Source of the DNA: Mobula hypostoma
Taxonomy: Eukaryota
Assembly: GCF_963921235.1 (NCBI RefSeq)
Contig: NC_086109.1
Span: forward strand, 9,426,001 to 9,490,000
DNA: 64,000 bases
Reading direction: 5' to 3'
Below are positions 25,941-38,858 of the stretch, piece by piece. The position numbers were made by a program, and so were the translations under genes. Under the pieces are notes generated by a model, which was not told the origin of the DNA, ran no database searches, and worked only from the letters and a program-made list of their open reading frames with translations. Positions within the stretch are counted from its first letter, which is position 1. Every line of letters begins with the position of its first letter.

Positions 25941-27722
25941 TCAGCCATAGACAGACAAAAGGGTTATTTTAATTTATCCTCAGTTATTTAGAGACACAGC
26001 ATGGTAATAGGCCCTTCTGCCCCAACGATCTCCTGCCACCCATGTGATCAATTAACCTACTACCCCTTTCGTCTTTGTGGGAGAAAACCACGCATGGAAC
26101 ACAGAAGAGTACAGCACAGGACTGGGCTATTTGGCCCACAATGTTGTGCCGAACTAGTCAAAAACAAATCAAAAACACTCAAACACTAATCCCTCCTACC
26201 TACACCATATCCATATCCCTCCATCTTCCTTACATCCATGTGCCTATCCAAACCTCTCTTAAAAGCCTTTAATGTATTTGCCTCTGCCACTATACCGGGT
26301 AGTGCATTCCAGGTACTCATGACTCTCTGCGTGAAAAAACTTACCCCTCACATTCCCCTTTGAACCCATCCCCTCTCACTTTCAATGTATACCCTCTGGT
26401 ATTAGAGATTTCAACCCTGGGAAACAGATACTCTCAATCTATGCCTCTTATAATCTTGTAAACCCCTAAAAGATCTCCCCTCAGCCTCCGATGCTCCAGA
26501 GGAAACAACCCAAGTCTAACCAGCCTCTCGTGATAGCACATACAGTCAGGGATAACGTACAAACTCCTTTCAGACAGTTATAGAATTGAACCTGGGTCAC
26601 TGGCGCTGTAGTAGCATTAGGCTAAGTACCACGTTACGGTGCTGCTCCCAACACCCAAATTGCTATTCATACTGTAGAATTAAAGATGGGGAATCAAAAT
26701 GTGCAAGTGTGTGTTCAGGAAAATGGATCTCACAAAATCTTGTTTCAGTTTGGGTGAAGGAAGTTGTATCCTATTTGATAACATCTGTATTGAACACCAG
26801 TCTTGCCATCTGCTCATAATAAAAACAGAAAATACTGGGAATACTTCCTTTCCAATCCTGTTGAAGGATCTCAGCCTGAAATGTTGACTATTCCCTTCCA
26901 TAGATGCTACCAGATTTGCTGAGTTCCTCTAGCATTTTGTGTGTGTTCCTCTGGAAATGCCCAGCAGGTCAGGCAGCATCTGTGGAGAGAGAAATTGAGA
27001 GATGATGTTTGATATAGATGACTTTGCCTCCTGTGCCTTAGAGTTGTAACATCTAACTACTCAGAAGCAGGTTTATTGTCACTGACATGTGAAACCTGTT
27101 ATTTCTTGTCAGCAGTACAATGCAAGACATAAAAATTACCATAAGTTACAATAAGGAAAAGTCAGATATATTGGTATTACATTTGAGTAAAGATAACTAC
27201 AGAGGAATGAGAGAGGAGCTGGCCAAAGTTGATTGGAAGGGGCCAATAGCAGGGTGACAGAATTGATGGATCTGTTGCCAAATTTGCGATAGGTGCAAAG
27301 ATAAATTGAGATCAGGTAATGCTGAGGAGGCAGGGAGTCTCAGAAGGACTTGGACGGATAAGGAGAATGGGCAAAGAAGTGACAGATGGAATACAGTGTA
27401 GGGAAGTGTATGGTCATGTACTTTGGTAGAAGGAGTAAAGGTATAGACTATTTTCTAAACAGGGAGCGAATTCAGAAATCAGAGGACTTGGGAGTCCTCA
27501 TGCAGGACTCCCTAAAGGTTAACTTACAGATCGAGTCAATGGTAGGGAAGGTAAATGTAATGCTAGCATTCATTTCAAGAGAACCAGAATATAAAAACAA
27601 GGAAGCAATGCTGAGGATTTGAAAGGTGTTGGTCAACCCACATTTGGAGTGTTACAAGCAGTTCTGGGTCTCATATCTAAGAAAGGATCCAGAGGAAGTT
27701 TCTAAGGATGATCTTGGCAATG

Positions 27723-27995
27723 TTGTTGTTCGTCCATTGTTGACGTCGATGAGGACCTCGACACCATTATGACGGTGTCGAGACTAGCGCGTGATTTGGA
27801 TTTAAGTGAGGGAGAGTTGCACAGCGTCAGCCTCACTCTCTCTTCCCAATTCCCATCTGAATCCACTGGCAAGACAGAGTCTAGACGGCTGGAGATGGGA
27901 CTAGGCGCAGTGGATGACCAGGACATCTTCTGTGTCTTGTCCTGCTCTACACGTTCCACGACACTTGCAGAGACCGCCTTCTTGACCGTTGGACC
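27723..27995 (-). mobile_element. RTE-clade LINE 3' end inserted into a CR1
   Basis: 12-bp TSD ATCTTGGCAATG (27711-27722, 27996-28007) and an (AAC)n tail on the minus strand; a second fragment lies on + at about 29904-29997. Confidence 0.7.
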
Positions 27996-27999
27996 ATCT

Positions 28000-28165
28000 T
28001 GGCAATGAAAAGGTTAATGTATGAGGAGCATTTGATGGCGCTAGTCCTGTACTCACTGGAGAAGAATGAAAGGGGGATCACATGGCAATGAAAAGGTTAA
28101 TGTATGAGGAGCATTTGATGGCGCTAGTCCTGTACTCACTGGAGAAGAATGAAAGGGGGATCACA
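28000..28165 (+). repeat. perfect 83-bp tandem duplication within CR1
   Basis: 28000-28082 is identical to 28083-28165. Confidence 0.9.
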
Positions 28166-30648
28166 TTGATGGTACAAACTGTTGAGAAGATCATCAGGAG
28201 CTCCCCCCTCCATTTATGACATTTTACTGGGAGTGTTGCAGATGAAGGAGTCAAAGCCCAATCCCTATGACCCACTACCATCAGGAAGGACATACAGAGG
28301 TATCAGGACTAGGACTGCCAGACTGGGTAACAGCTTCTTCCCTTAGGCTGTGAGACTAATAAATAACCTGTCACCACTGACATCTTGTCACCAGGACAGC
28401 AAGCTGTTTACTGTTACCCTGTGCCGCACACTTTGAATTATATTTTATTAACTTACTTATGGTAATATTTTGTTTCATGTGCTGTGTGATGTATGTTTTA
28501 TGGGTGCACTGTGGTCTGGAAGAACATTGTTTCGTTTGGTTGTATACATGTACAGTCAGATGACAATAAACTTGAACTTGAGCATTGCAACCTACCGAAT
28601 ATTGAAAGGCCTAGATAGAGTGGCATGTGGAGAGGATGTTTCCAATAGTGGGAGAGTCTGGGACCAAAGGGCATAGCAGCACAATAGAAGGATGTCCCTT
28701 TAGGCAGAAGGTGGTGAATTTGTGGAATTCATTGCCACGAACGGTACACTTGGCCCACTTTTAAAGTGGAGGTTGATAGGTTCTTGATTAGTAAGGGCCT
28801 CAAAGGTTACGAGGAGAATGGGTTTGAGAGGGAAAATAAATCAGCCATGATCAAATGGTGGAGCAAACTTGATAAGCTGAAATAGCCTAATTCTGCTGCT
28901 ATGGTCTAAAGTGTTGGATCTCATTCCTACATGCTACCAGAGATATCACTAACTGGTTTGGGCTGTGCTGCTTAGGTAAATCAATCTAAAGCATTACATG
29001 AGTATCCAACGAGAGGAGAGAGACTGAGGAGTATAGGGTTAACCTTGGGTAGATATCTGCAATAATCCATGGTCCACCAACCCTTCTTCTACCTTGCACA
29101 GGGGATTTGCATTCTTTGCAAAGGACCTCGCCAAGACAATTTTTGGACTGTCCTAATTGCCTTGGTGATTCGCTTTGCAAAGATGGTGTATGGGGATAGA
29201 CTGGAACTCTGTGAGGAACTTCGGAAACTTCTTTGCCAGAAATGAACAGCCATGTTAAGTGTCGCATCTTGGTAGATCAAATGTAAAGAGACATAATGCT
29301 GTTAAGGGCAAGAGGGATCTTGGGGTCCAAGTTCATATGTCCCTTAAAGTGGCTACACAGGGATATGTGGTTAGGGAGGCATATAGCATGCTTGCCTTTA
29401 TTAGTCGAGGCACTGGATCAAAAGTCAGAAAATATGCTGCAGCTTTATAAAACTTTAGTTAAACCACAACTGGAGGATTGCATACATTTCTATTGCCTCA
29501 ATATAAGAAGGATGTTGAGGCTTTGAAGAGGTTTACAAGGATGCTGCCTGGATTAGAGAGCATGTGCTATAACAGGAAGTTGTCAAACTTGGGTTGTTTT
29601 CTCTGGAGTGGCGGAGGTTGAGGGGCGAACAGATAGAGGTTTATAATATTTTGAGAAACGTAGACATAGTAGACAGGTAATACCTTTTTCCAAGGGTTTG
29701 AAATATCTGATACTAGAGGGCATGCATTTAAGGTGAGGGGGTAATTTCAAAAGAGATGTGAGGGGCAAGTTATTTTCACACAGCGATTGGTAAGTACCTG
29801 GAATGCGCTGCCTGAGGTGGTGGTAGAGGCAGATACATTAGGGACTTTTAAGAGACGTTTAGATCGGCAATAGATTATTACAATTGTCATTAAATGAGCT
29901 CCTCAACTCTCCCTCACTTAAATCCAAATCACGCGTTAGTCTTGACACCATCATAATTGTGTCGAGCTCCTCATCGACATCGACGATGGACGAACACACG
30001 CCAGATGAGCTCTTGAAGCCCTCCAGTCTTTCAGTGGTGATTCTTTTGAAGATAATAATGGAAATGTAGAATAGAAGTTTAGTTTTGGGATGCCATGTAA
30101 ATTTAGTTCAGAATGAGTCGCCATGAGAGACTGTCCCAGGGCAGAAATTGCTAACGTGAGGGGGCATAACTTTAAGTTGATTGGAATAAAATATGGGGGG
30201 GGGAATGTCAGGTATATTATAGGATGCAAGTATATTAAGGGAAATTAAGAGACTCTTAGATAGGCACATGGATGATAGACAAATGGAGCGCAGGGTTAGA
30301 GTAGGTTAAAGGGACAGCACAACATTTGTGGGCTGAAGGGTCTGTACTGTTCTAGGTTCGATGTACTATGAATCAACTGCATGAATATTTTTTGAGGTGA
30401 CACTTGCACCATTTGATTTCACTGGAGCCAGAATATATTTTCGTTTGAACCCTTCATCGACCCAGAGGACGCCTGATGAAAGATGCCAGTCTGAAACATT
30501 GACTCTTTATTCCTCTAACTGGGCGCTGCCTGACCTGCTGAGTTCCTCCAGCATTTTGTGTGCGTTACAATGCCGCAATTCATGATTACGGATTATAAAA
30601 CAGACACTGCCTAAGTTTTTGCGAATCTGTTTTTCTCTATCATTACAG

Positions 30649-30814
30649 AGTGCCTTTGTACAGATGCAAGTCTGTCCGTGAGGTCCTGAGGGAGCGCGGG
30701 GAGCTGAAACATTTCCTGGAAACCCATAAGTGGGACCCAGCCATGAAATACCGACACCTCTTCCCTGGATACCAGTTGGAGGTTGTAGATGAACCATTGC
30801 TGAATTTCCTGGAT
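30649..30814 (+). CDS. PGC: pepsinogen C exon 2 (activation prosegment)
   Basis: ttacag|A GTG ... GAT|gtaagt; 166 bp. Encodes VPLYRCKSVREVLRERGELKHFLETHKWDPAMKYRHLFPGYQLEVVDEPLLNFLD. Confidence 0.92.
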
Positions 30815-30914
30815 GTAAGTGGAAAGGAAGCTTACTTTAATAAGAACATAACATATAGGAGCTGAATTGGGCCATTCAGCCCATCAACTCTGCCATTTCA
30901 TCGTAGTTGGTTTT

Positions 30915-31118
30915 TCTCCTGTACCTAATAAAGTGGCCACTGAGTGTACGTTCATTGTCTTCTGCTGCTGTAGTCCATCCACTTCAAGGTTTGATGTGTT
31001 GTGTATTCAGAGATTCTCTTCTGCACAAAACTGTTGTAACACTGAATTATCTGAATTACTGTCACCTTCCTGTCAGCTTGAACCAGTTTGGCCATTCTCC
31101 TCTGACCTCTCTCGTTAC
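30915..31118 (-). mobile_element. Tc1-like transposon fragment
   Basis: Minus-strand peptide ERGQRRMAKLVQADRKVTVIQI...ISEYTTHQTLKWMDYSSRR resembles the Tc1 DNA-binding region. Confidence 0.6.
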
Positions 31119-31124
31119 TAAGAC

Positions 31125-32310
31125 ATAGATATTTTATTGATTCCAAAGGAAATTACAGTGTCACAGTAGCATTTCAAGTGCACAGATATGTAAATATTAG
31201 AAGAGAAGTAGAAAGAATAAAAAAAGTTACCTCTAACAGTTTAACAGGAGGGAATCATCACTTCCCTGGTTACAGGTTGACTCATTAAGAGCCTAATGGC
31301 CGAGGATAAGAATGACCTCATATAGCGCTCTTTGGAGCTGCACAGTTGTCTTAGTCTATTACTAGAAGTGCTCCTCGCATGCAGAGGGTGAGAAACATTG
31401 TCCAGAATTGCCAGGATTCTCCAGTGTGTCCAGTTTGACGCTTATAACAGAGCCAATCTTTCTAATCAGTTTATTGAGCCTGTTGGCATCACCCATGTTG
31501 ATGTCATTGCCCCAGCACCCCCCTCGTGTAGAAGATTGTACTGGTGAGAGCAGACTGGTAGATCATGTGAAGGAAAGGCCCGCATACTCCATTAGGAAAT
31601 AGAGCTGACTCCGGTCTTTCTTGTACACAGCCTCTGTGTTGGTGCACCATTCAAGTTTCTCTTCCAAGTGCACCCCTGGTTACTTGTAGGTCCTCACCAC
31701 ATCTACGTCCTCATCATCAATGGTAACAGGGAGCAGTGCAGGCTTAGGCCTCCTAAAGTCCGTTACCATCTCCTTTGCCTTACAAATGCTGAGCTGCAGC
31801 TTTTGACAAAATCCTCCATCATCCTCCCATCCTCCCTTTATACACCCAACTATTGTTGAGTTATCAGAGAATTTCTGCAGATAACATGACTCGGTGTTGT
31901 ATCTAAAGTCCGAGATATACAGGATTAACAGGGAGGGAGCCTTTACAGTCCCCTGTGGGGCCCCGGTGCTGCTTATAGCCATGAGTGACACACAGCTGTG
32001 AAGACGCACAAACCGTGATCGTCATATTATCCAGGATACAATGCAAGTGCCGACCAGCATTGAATGGAGCTTCTCCCCCAGCAATGAGGGCTGTATGGTA
32101 TTGGAGGCACTTGAGAACTCATAAAACATGATACCTACAGTGCTACCCTTCTTACCCAAGTGGGAGTAGGTTCTATTCAGCAGGTAGATGACAACATTGC
32201 TGACGCCAGTACACACCACAGGAGATCAAGGGCCGATCTGACCAGGGGTTGGACATGAGCCAGGACCAGCCTCTCTAGGGTCTTCATGATGTGTGAGGTC
32301 AGGGCCACTG
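31125..32310 (-). mobile_element. Rex1/Babar (L2-group) LINE RT fragment
   Basis: PVALTSHIMKTLERLVL, FSSASNTIQPSLL, STGAPQGTV..PSLLILY and LQKFSDNSTIVGCI. Confidence 0.75.
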
Positions 32311-33122
32311 GAGCGTTTGATGGCGCTCTGGGCCTGTACTCGCTGGAGTTTAGAAGAAGGCAGGGAGGGGGTTGGATCTGATTGAAACCTATGGAATATT
32401 GAAAGGCCAATGTAGTGTTGACATGGAGGGGATGTTTCCTATAGTGGGGGAGTCTAGGACCAGAATGAACAGCCTCAGAATAGAAGGATGTCAATCTAGT
32501 TCAGAGATGAGGAGGTATTTCTTCAACCAGAGGATAGTGAATCTGTGGAAGTTGTTGCCACAGATGGCAGTGGAGGCCAAGTCATTGAGCATATTTAAAA
32601 CAGAGGTTGATAGGTTCTTGATTAGTAAAGGCAGGAGAATGGGATTGAGAGAGATAATAAATCAGCCATGATGGGATGGCAGAGCAGACTTGATGGGCTG
32701 AATGGCCAAATTCTGCTCAGACAGTATGTCTTATGGTCTTATACTCTAATGGCACTGATAAATGTCATTAGTTATACAACACAGAAACAGGCCCTTCAGC
32801 CCAACTCCTCCATGCTGACCAAGGTGCCTAAATGAGTTAGTCCCACAACTGGCCCATATCCCTCTCAAGCTTTCCTATCCATGTACCTCTCCAAATGTTC
32901 TTTAAATATTGTAGTTGTGCCCGCCTCTATCACTTCAGGTTCAGATTCATGTTCAGTTATTTACCACATGTACATTGAAACATGTAGCTCTTCTCATCTC
33001 AGACCTTATACTTGCAAATTGTTCTTAATGACTTGACCATAAACTTATGATGTTTTGGCAAAAAAAAGTCGAGCACGATAATAATGATAAATTTTTAATT
33101 TCCATCCTCTCTCCTGCACTAG

Positions 33123-33308
<186 letters not shown>

Positions 33309-34604
33309 TGACTGGATGTTTCCAATGATGGGTAGAGTCCCGGACTTTTATTTGTTACAAATGATTATAAATTACTATGATTGCACATTGCACATTTAGA
33401 CGGAGACGTAACATAAAGAGTTTTACTCCTCATGTATGTGAAGCCTGTAAGCAATAAAGTCAATTCATTTCAATTCAATACCAGAGGGCACAGCCTCAGA
33501 GTAAAAGGTCGTCCCTTTAAAACAAAGATGAGGAGGAAGTTCTTTAGCCAGACGGTGAATAATCTGTGGAGTTCATTGCCATAGACTGTTGTGGAGGCCA
33601 AGTCCTTTGGTAATTTTACAGCAGAGGTCGATAGATTCTTGATTATTAAGGGTGTCAAAGGTTATGGGGAGAAGGCAGGAGTCGGGGTTGATAGGAAAAT
33701 AAATCAGCCATGATCGAATAGTGGAGAAAATTCAATGGGCTGAATGGCTTAATTCTGGTCCTATATCTTATGGTCTTATGGATCCCAGTTGTGACGACAT
33801 TAGTTCTTGCTAATGTACTCGCTGGAGTTTAGAAGAATGAAGGGGGGATCTCATTGAAACCTATGAACATTGAAAGGCCCAGATTGAATGGATATGGAGA
33901 GGGTGCTTTTTATAGTGGGAGAGTCTGGGACTAGAGGGCACAGCCTCAGAATAGAAGGATGTCTCTGTAGAAGAGAAATGAGCAGCAATTTCTTTACCCA
34001 GAGGGTGGTGAATATGTGGAATTCATTGCTAAAGGTGGAAATGGAAGCCAAGTTAGATTTAAAGCAGAGGTTGATAGGTTTAATGATAATGATCTTTCTA
34101 AAGAATAGTTTTATTTTTGTCACGTACAGTGAAACATCAAAATATACAGTGAAATATGTTGTTTATGTCTAATGGAATTAGTGAGGATTTTGCTGGGCAA
34201 CCCCTAAGTCTTGTCACGCTTCCGGCACCAACATAACATGCCCACAATTCACTAACCCTAACCCGAATGCCTTTGGAATGTGGGAGGAAACCGGAGCACC
34301 CGGAGGAAACCTACGCGGTCACAGGGAGAATGTACAAACTACTTACAGACAGCAGCAGGAATTGAACCCGGATTGCTGATGGTTGGAGTTGTAAAGCATT
34401 GTGCTAAATGTTATGCTACTCTCTTGCCCCGTTGTTAATTAGTCAAGGTGTAAAAGGTTACGGGAAGAACGGGGGTGGAGGGGGAAAATGCTTCAGCCAT
34501 GATCAAATGGCGGAGTGAACTCGATAGGCCGAATGGCCTAATTCTGCTCCTTTGTTCGTGATCTTATTGACTTTAATGTAACCTGATTCATTCATTCTCT
34601 CCAG

Positions 34605-34723
34605 TGAATCACGCAAGGTTCAATCCACAGGGTTCCTCCACATTCACGGCCAGCCAACAAGGATTTTCCATACACTATGGCTCTGGAAGCTTGAGTGGAT
34701 ATTTTGGCTATGACACAGTTAAT
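34605..34723 (+). CDS. PGC: pepsinogen C exon 4 (flap, YGSG)
   Basis: ctccag|TG ... AAT|gtaagt; 119 bp. Encodes NHARFNPQGSSTFTASQQGFSIHYGSGSLSGYFGYDTVN. Confidence 0.95.
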
Positions 34724-35444
34724 GTAAGTATTGTACGGTGTCATTAAACAGATATCTGTCTTTTAATGGAACTTGGGCATCCCCAAGCAACCTGCAGTTA
34801 TTAAAGTGCGCTGTTCTATCCATATTGTGCGGGCAGTCAAAACTGCCCAACACACCAGCAGCACCAGCCTATCTGCCTTCAAGGATATTTATACAGAAAG
34901 GCACCTGAAAAAGGCCAGCAATATCATGGCGGATCCCACCCACCCTGCTCATGGACTGTTTGTCCCACTCCCACCATGCAGGAGTATCCACGCCAGGACC
35001 ACCATGCTCCAAAACAGTTACTTTCCCCAAGCAGTAAGGCTGATCAACCCCTCCACCCCACCACACCTCCAGCCACCTCTATTTTATCATTTGCTGTCAG
35101 TCACCTTATGTACAGTCACTCCTGTGCCTAGCATCATTTCATGGACAATCATTCTATGTACAGTATATAAGCTGTCTTGTATATGTGTAATTATTGTGTT
35201 TTTTATTATTATTGTGTTCTTACTGTGTTTTTTTTTGTGCTGCATTAGATCCAAAGTAACAATTACAGTATCTCATTCTCCTTTACACTTGTGTACCAGA
35301 AATGACTTTAACCAATCTTGAATTCTTGAATCCCACAAATAGAGATGAAATAATTGGGCAATCAGTGTTGAGCTATTTTGAGCAAAACACATAAAAGTTG
35401 CTGGTGAGCGCAGCAGGCCAGGCAGCATCTCTAGGAAGAGGTAC

Positions 35445-35480
35445 AGTCGACGTTTCAGGCTGAGACCCTTCGTCAGGACT
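35445..35480 (-). ncRNA. minimal type I hammerhead ribozyme motif in a Penelope-derived repeat
   Basis: Minus strand reads AGUC-CUGACGA-AGG-GUCUCAG-CCU-GAAAC-GUC-GACU: intact core, stem I, stem II and GUC triplet. The host insert (35381-35627) is flanked by CTATTTTG repeats. Confidence 0.7.
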
Positions 35481-35923
35481 AACTGAAGGAAGAGCTAGCA
35501 AGAGATTTGAAAGTGGGAGGGGGAGGGGGAGATCTGTAATGATTGAAGACAGGAGGGGGAGGGATGGAGCCAAGAGCTGGACAGTTGATTGGCAAAAGGG
35601 ATATGACAGGATCATGGGACAGGAGGCCTATTTTGGTTGTGGCAGAGAGATTGCTTATGGGATTATACAGAATATTATCATGGTACCATTGAAATGACAA
35701 CTGAGACAGTAGCTAGCACATTGTTTTGGTGTCCTAATGGAGTTGATATTGGTCTATTATTGTCACATGTACTGAGATACAATGAAGAGCTTGTCTTGCA
35801 TACCGTTCATACAGATCTGATCAGTACACAGAGCACTGAGATAGAACAAGATAAAATAATAAGATGCAAGATAGTGTAATGTAATTTCAAGTTAAAAGTA
35901 AATTTATTATCAAAGTACATATT

Positions 35924-36233
35924 ATAGGCATCTGCTAGTCTCATGAGACCATGGATCTGTGCCTGGAAAGTCTTCACTCTCCAGGGCGCAGGCCTGGGCA
36001 AGGTTGTATGGAAGACCAGCACTTGCCCATGCTGCAAATCTCCCCTCTCCACGACACCGATGTTGTCCAAGGGAAGGGCATTAGGACCCGTACAGCTTGG
36101 CACTGGTATCGCCGCAGAGCACTGTGTGATTAAGTGCCTTGCTCAAGGACACACACGCTGCCTCAGCCCAGGTTCGAACTAGCAACCTTCAAATCACTAG
36201 ACGAACACCTTAACCACTTGGCCACGCGCCAAC
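35924..36233 (-). mobile_element. tRNA-derived CORE-like SINE
   Basis: Minus-strand head GTTGGCGCGTGGCCAAGTGGTTAAGG...GTTCGAACC, then gtgtccttgagcaaggcacttaa; flanked by near-identical aaagtacatat repeats. Confidence 0.65.
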
Positions 36234-38501
36234 ATTGAAAGTACATATATGTCACTGTATACAACCTTGAGATTCATTTTCTTGCAGGCTAGCTCAATAA
36301 ATCCATGGAATAATAACTATAACAGAATCAGTGAAAGACTGCCAAACTTGGGCGTCCAACCATTGTGCAAAAGACAACAAACTGTGCCAATACAAAAAAA
36401 ACCCAATAAATATCAAGAACATGAGATGAAAAGTCCTTGAAAGTGAGTCCATTAGTTGTAGGAACATTTAGATGATGGGGCAAGTGTAGTTGAGTGAAGG
36501 TATCTCCCCTGTTTCAGGAGGGCAATAACTCTCCCTGAACCTGGTGGTGTGGGTGCTGAGGCTCCTGTACCTTCTTCCTGATGGCAGCAGCGAGAAGAGA
36601 GCGTGGCCTGGATGGTGGGGGCTCCCTGATGATGGCAGTGTAAAGGAGAATGAAATAATTGTTTCTCCAGTTAGTGGGTGGTGGTGTGGATCAGCCTTAC
36701 TGCTTGTGGAAAGAAACTGTTTTTGAGTCTTGTGGTCCTGGCAGAATGCAGAATGAAGTGTAACGGCTACAGAGAAAGTGATGCCAATGCAGAGGCCAAA
36801 TGATAGGGCCGGTGTTTTGAGAAAAGTTTTCCTTTCTAATTTCACAATCAGTAATTGGATGTCCCATTATAGGAAGGACATGGAGGCTTTGGAAAGAGTG
36901 TTGAAGAGGTTTACTAGGAGGCTATCTGGATTTGGGGGTATGAGCCATAACGAGAGTTTGGACAAATTTTGGATGTTTTCTCTGGGCTGTCAGACGCTGA
37001 GGAGAGGCATGATAGAAGTTAAGATTATGAGAGGATAGATAGGGTAGACCATCAGAATCCTTTCCCCAGAGTAAAAGCATCAGGTGAAAGGGGAAAAGTT
37101 TAAAGAAGCTGCATGGGACAGGTTTTTGAAACAGAGTGGCAGGTGTCTGGATCAAGTTGCTGGGGTAGTGGTGAAGGCAGATATGATCTTAAGAGTTTGA
37201 GGTGTTTAAACAAGGCACGAGAATGTACAGGGGCAGCATGAACACCAATTTCTTAAACTTCCAGTAATTTCTACCCCTCCTCCTCTTTTTTTTCCATTCC
37301 TCATTCTGGCTGACCTCTTACCCTTTCTCTTCTCCTTACCTGCCCATCACCTCCCTCTGGTGCCCCTCCTCCTTCCCTTTCTCCCATGGATTCTCCTGTC
37401 AGATTCTTTCTTCTTCAGACCCTTACCTCTTACACCTGTCATCTCCCAGCTTCTAACTTCACCCACACCTCCCCTACTACCCACCTACCTTCCTTCTCAC
37501 CTGGCCTCACCTATCACCTGCCAGTTTGTACTCCTCCCCCCACCCCCCCATCTTCTTACTCTGGGTTTCTGCCCCCCTTCCTTTCCAGTCCTGATGAAGG
37601 GTTTCAGACTGAAACATTGGCTGTTTATTCCCACTCCATAGATGCTGCCTGACGTGCTGAGTTCCTCCAGCATTTTGTGTGTGTGTGTGTGTGTGTGTTG
37701 ATATGGATCAGGTACAAGGTTGATGAGATTTAGTTTCAATTTGTCATGGTGTTGACAGAGCTGTCACCGCTTGACTGATAGGTTTTTACACTGCCTCTCT
37801 TCTCTTGAATCTGTTTTTCCCAGGGCGGCACGGTAGGTTAGTGGTTAGCACAACGATTTACAGTACAGGCGACCCGGGTTCGATTCCCACCACTGCTCTG
37901 TAAAGAGTTTGTATGTAAACACAAAATAAGTTGGTATGTTCTCCCTGTGATTGTGTGGGTTTCCTCCGGTTTCCTTCCACGAAGATGTACTGGTTGGTAG
38001 GTTAATTGGTTATTGTAAATTATCCTGTGATTAGGCTGTGATTAAATTGGAGGATTGCTGGGTGTGCCTCAAAGGCATGAGGATGGGCCTGCTCCTGTGC
38101 CCTACTGTCCTGTGTTTGATTGAATGACACACGACTATTTCTAACCAATTTGTGCATGGGATCCCACAGCAAATGGTCCAGGTGCAGGTCGATGGGAATA
38201 GGCAGAGTAATAGTTCGGCACAAAGGGCCTGTTAGAATGGAAAATCAGGCGTATTATCACTAACATGGGTCATAAAATTTGTGATGGAAGTGCAATAAAA
38301 GAGATGAAAATATTAATAAAAATAAAAAAATAGCAAGATAGCGTTCACGGACCATTCAGAAATCTGATAAACCTGTTCCTAAAAGGTAGAGTGTTCATCT
38401 TTAAGCTCCTGAACCTCCTCCCTGATGGTAACTCAGTCTCACCCTCCTTGCAAGCTGATAGTGACAATGTCTTGTTCGTTCTCTCTCTCTCTTTCCCCAA
38501 G

Positions 38502-38701
38502 GTTGCTGGACTTAACATCCCAAACCAGGAGTTTGGCCTCAGTGTGAATGAACCTGGATCCGCTTTCTATTACGCCCAGTTTGATGGAATCCTCGGTCTC
38601 TCCTACCCAGCACTCTCAGCAGGAGGCGCCACACCCGTGTTCGATGGCATGCTGCGTGACCGTCTGGTGTCGGAGCCTTTGTTCTCCGTGTACCTGGGCA
38701 G
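38502..38701 (+). CDS. PGC: pepsinogen C exon 5
   Basis: ccccaag|GTT ... AG|gtgagc; 200 bp. Encodes VAGLNIPNQEFGLSVNEPGSAFYYAQFDGILGLSYPALSAGGATPVFDGMLRDRLVSEPLFSVYLG. Confidence 0.95.
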
Positions 38702-38753
38702 GTGAGCGTGCAGTGTGTCCCACCGAAATGTTAACAGCGTATCAAGAGCTGTC

Positions 38754-38759
38754 GTGCTC

Positions 38760-38810
<51 letters not shown>

Positions 38811-38858
38811 GGCCCCTGCGCAAGGATGACACGCAAATTCGTGAAGCGTTCCATATTT
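38754..38858 (+). pseudogene. RNU6: U6 snRNA retrocopy in pgc intron 5
   Basis: GTGCTCGCTTCGGCAGCACATATACTAAAATTGGAACGATACAGAGAAG...CGTTCCATATTT matches vertebrate U6 as I recall it. It is followed by an A tract and flanked by the direct repeat AAGAGCTGTC (38744-38753, 38866-38875); there is no upstream PSE/TATA. Confidence 0.95.

Noticed and set aside
34773..35321. 182-aa ORF with a hydrophobic tail
   Set aside because: It is the ORF2 C-terminus and T-rich 3'UTR of an L2/Rex-type LINE (DPTHPAHGLF, NSYFPQAVRL), not a host gene.
37823..37895. tRNA genes at SINE heads (also about 14120-14190 and 36165-36233)
   Set aside because: A/B boxes run directly into SINE bodies and I could not fold a complete cloverleaf.
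38754..38858. Functional U6 snRNA gene
   Set aside because: Upstream sequence is pgc exon 5 and its donor with no PSE/TATA; the TSD and A tail indicate retroposition.
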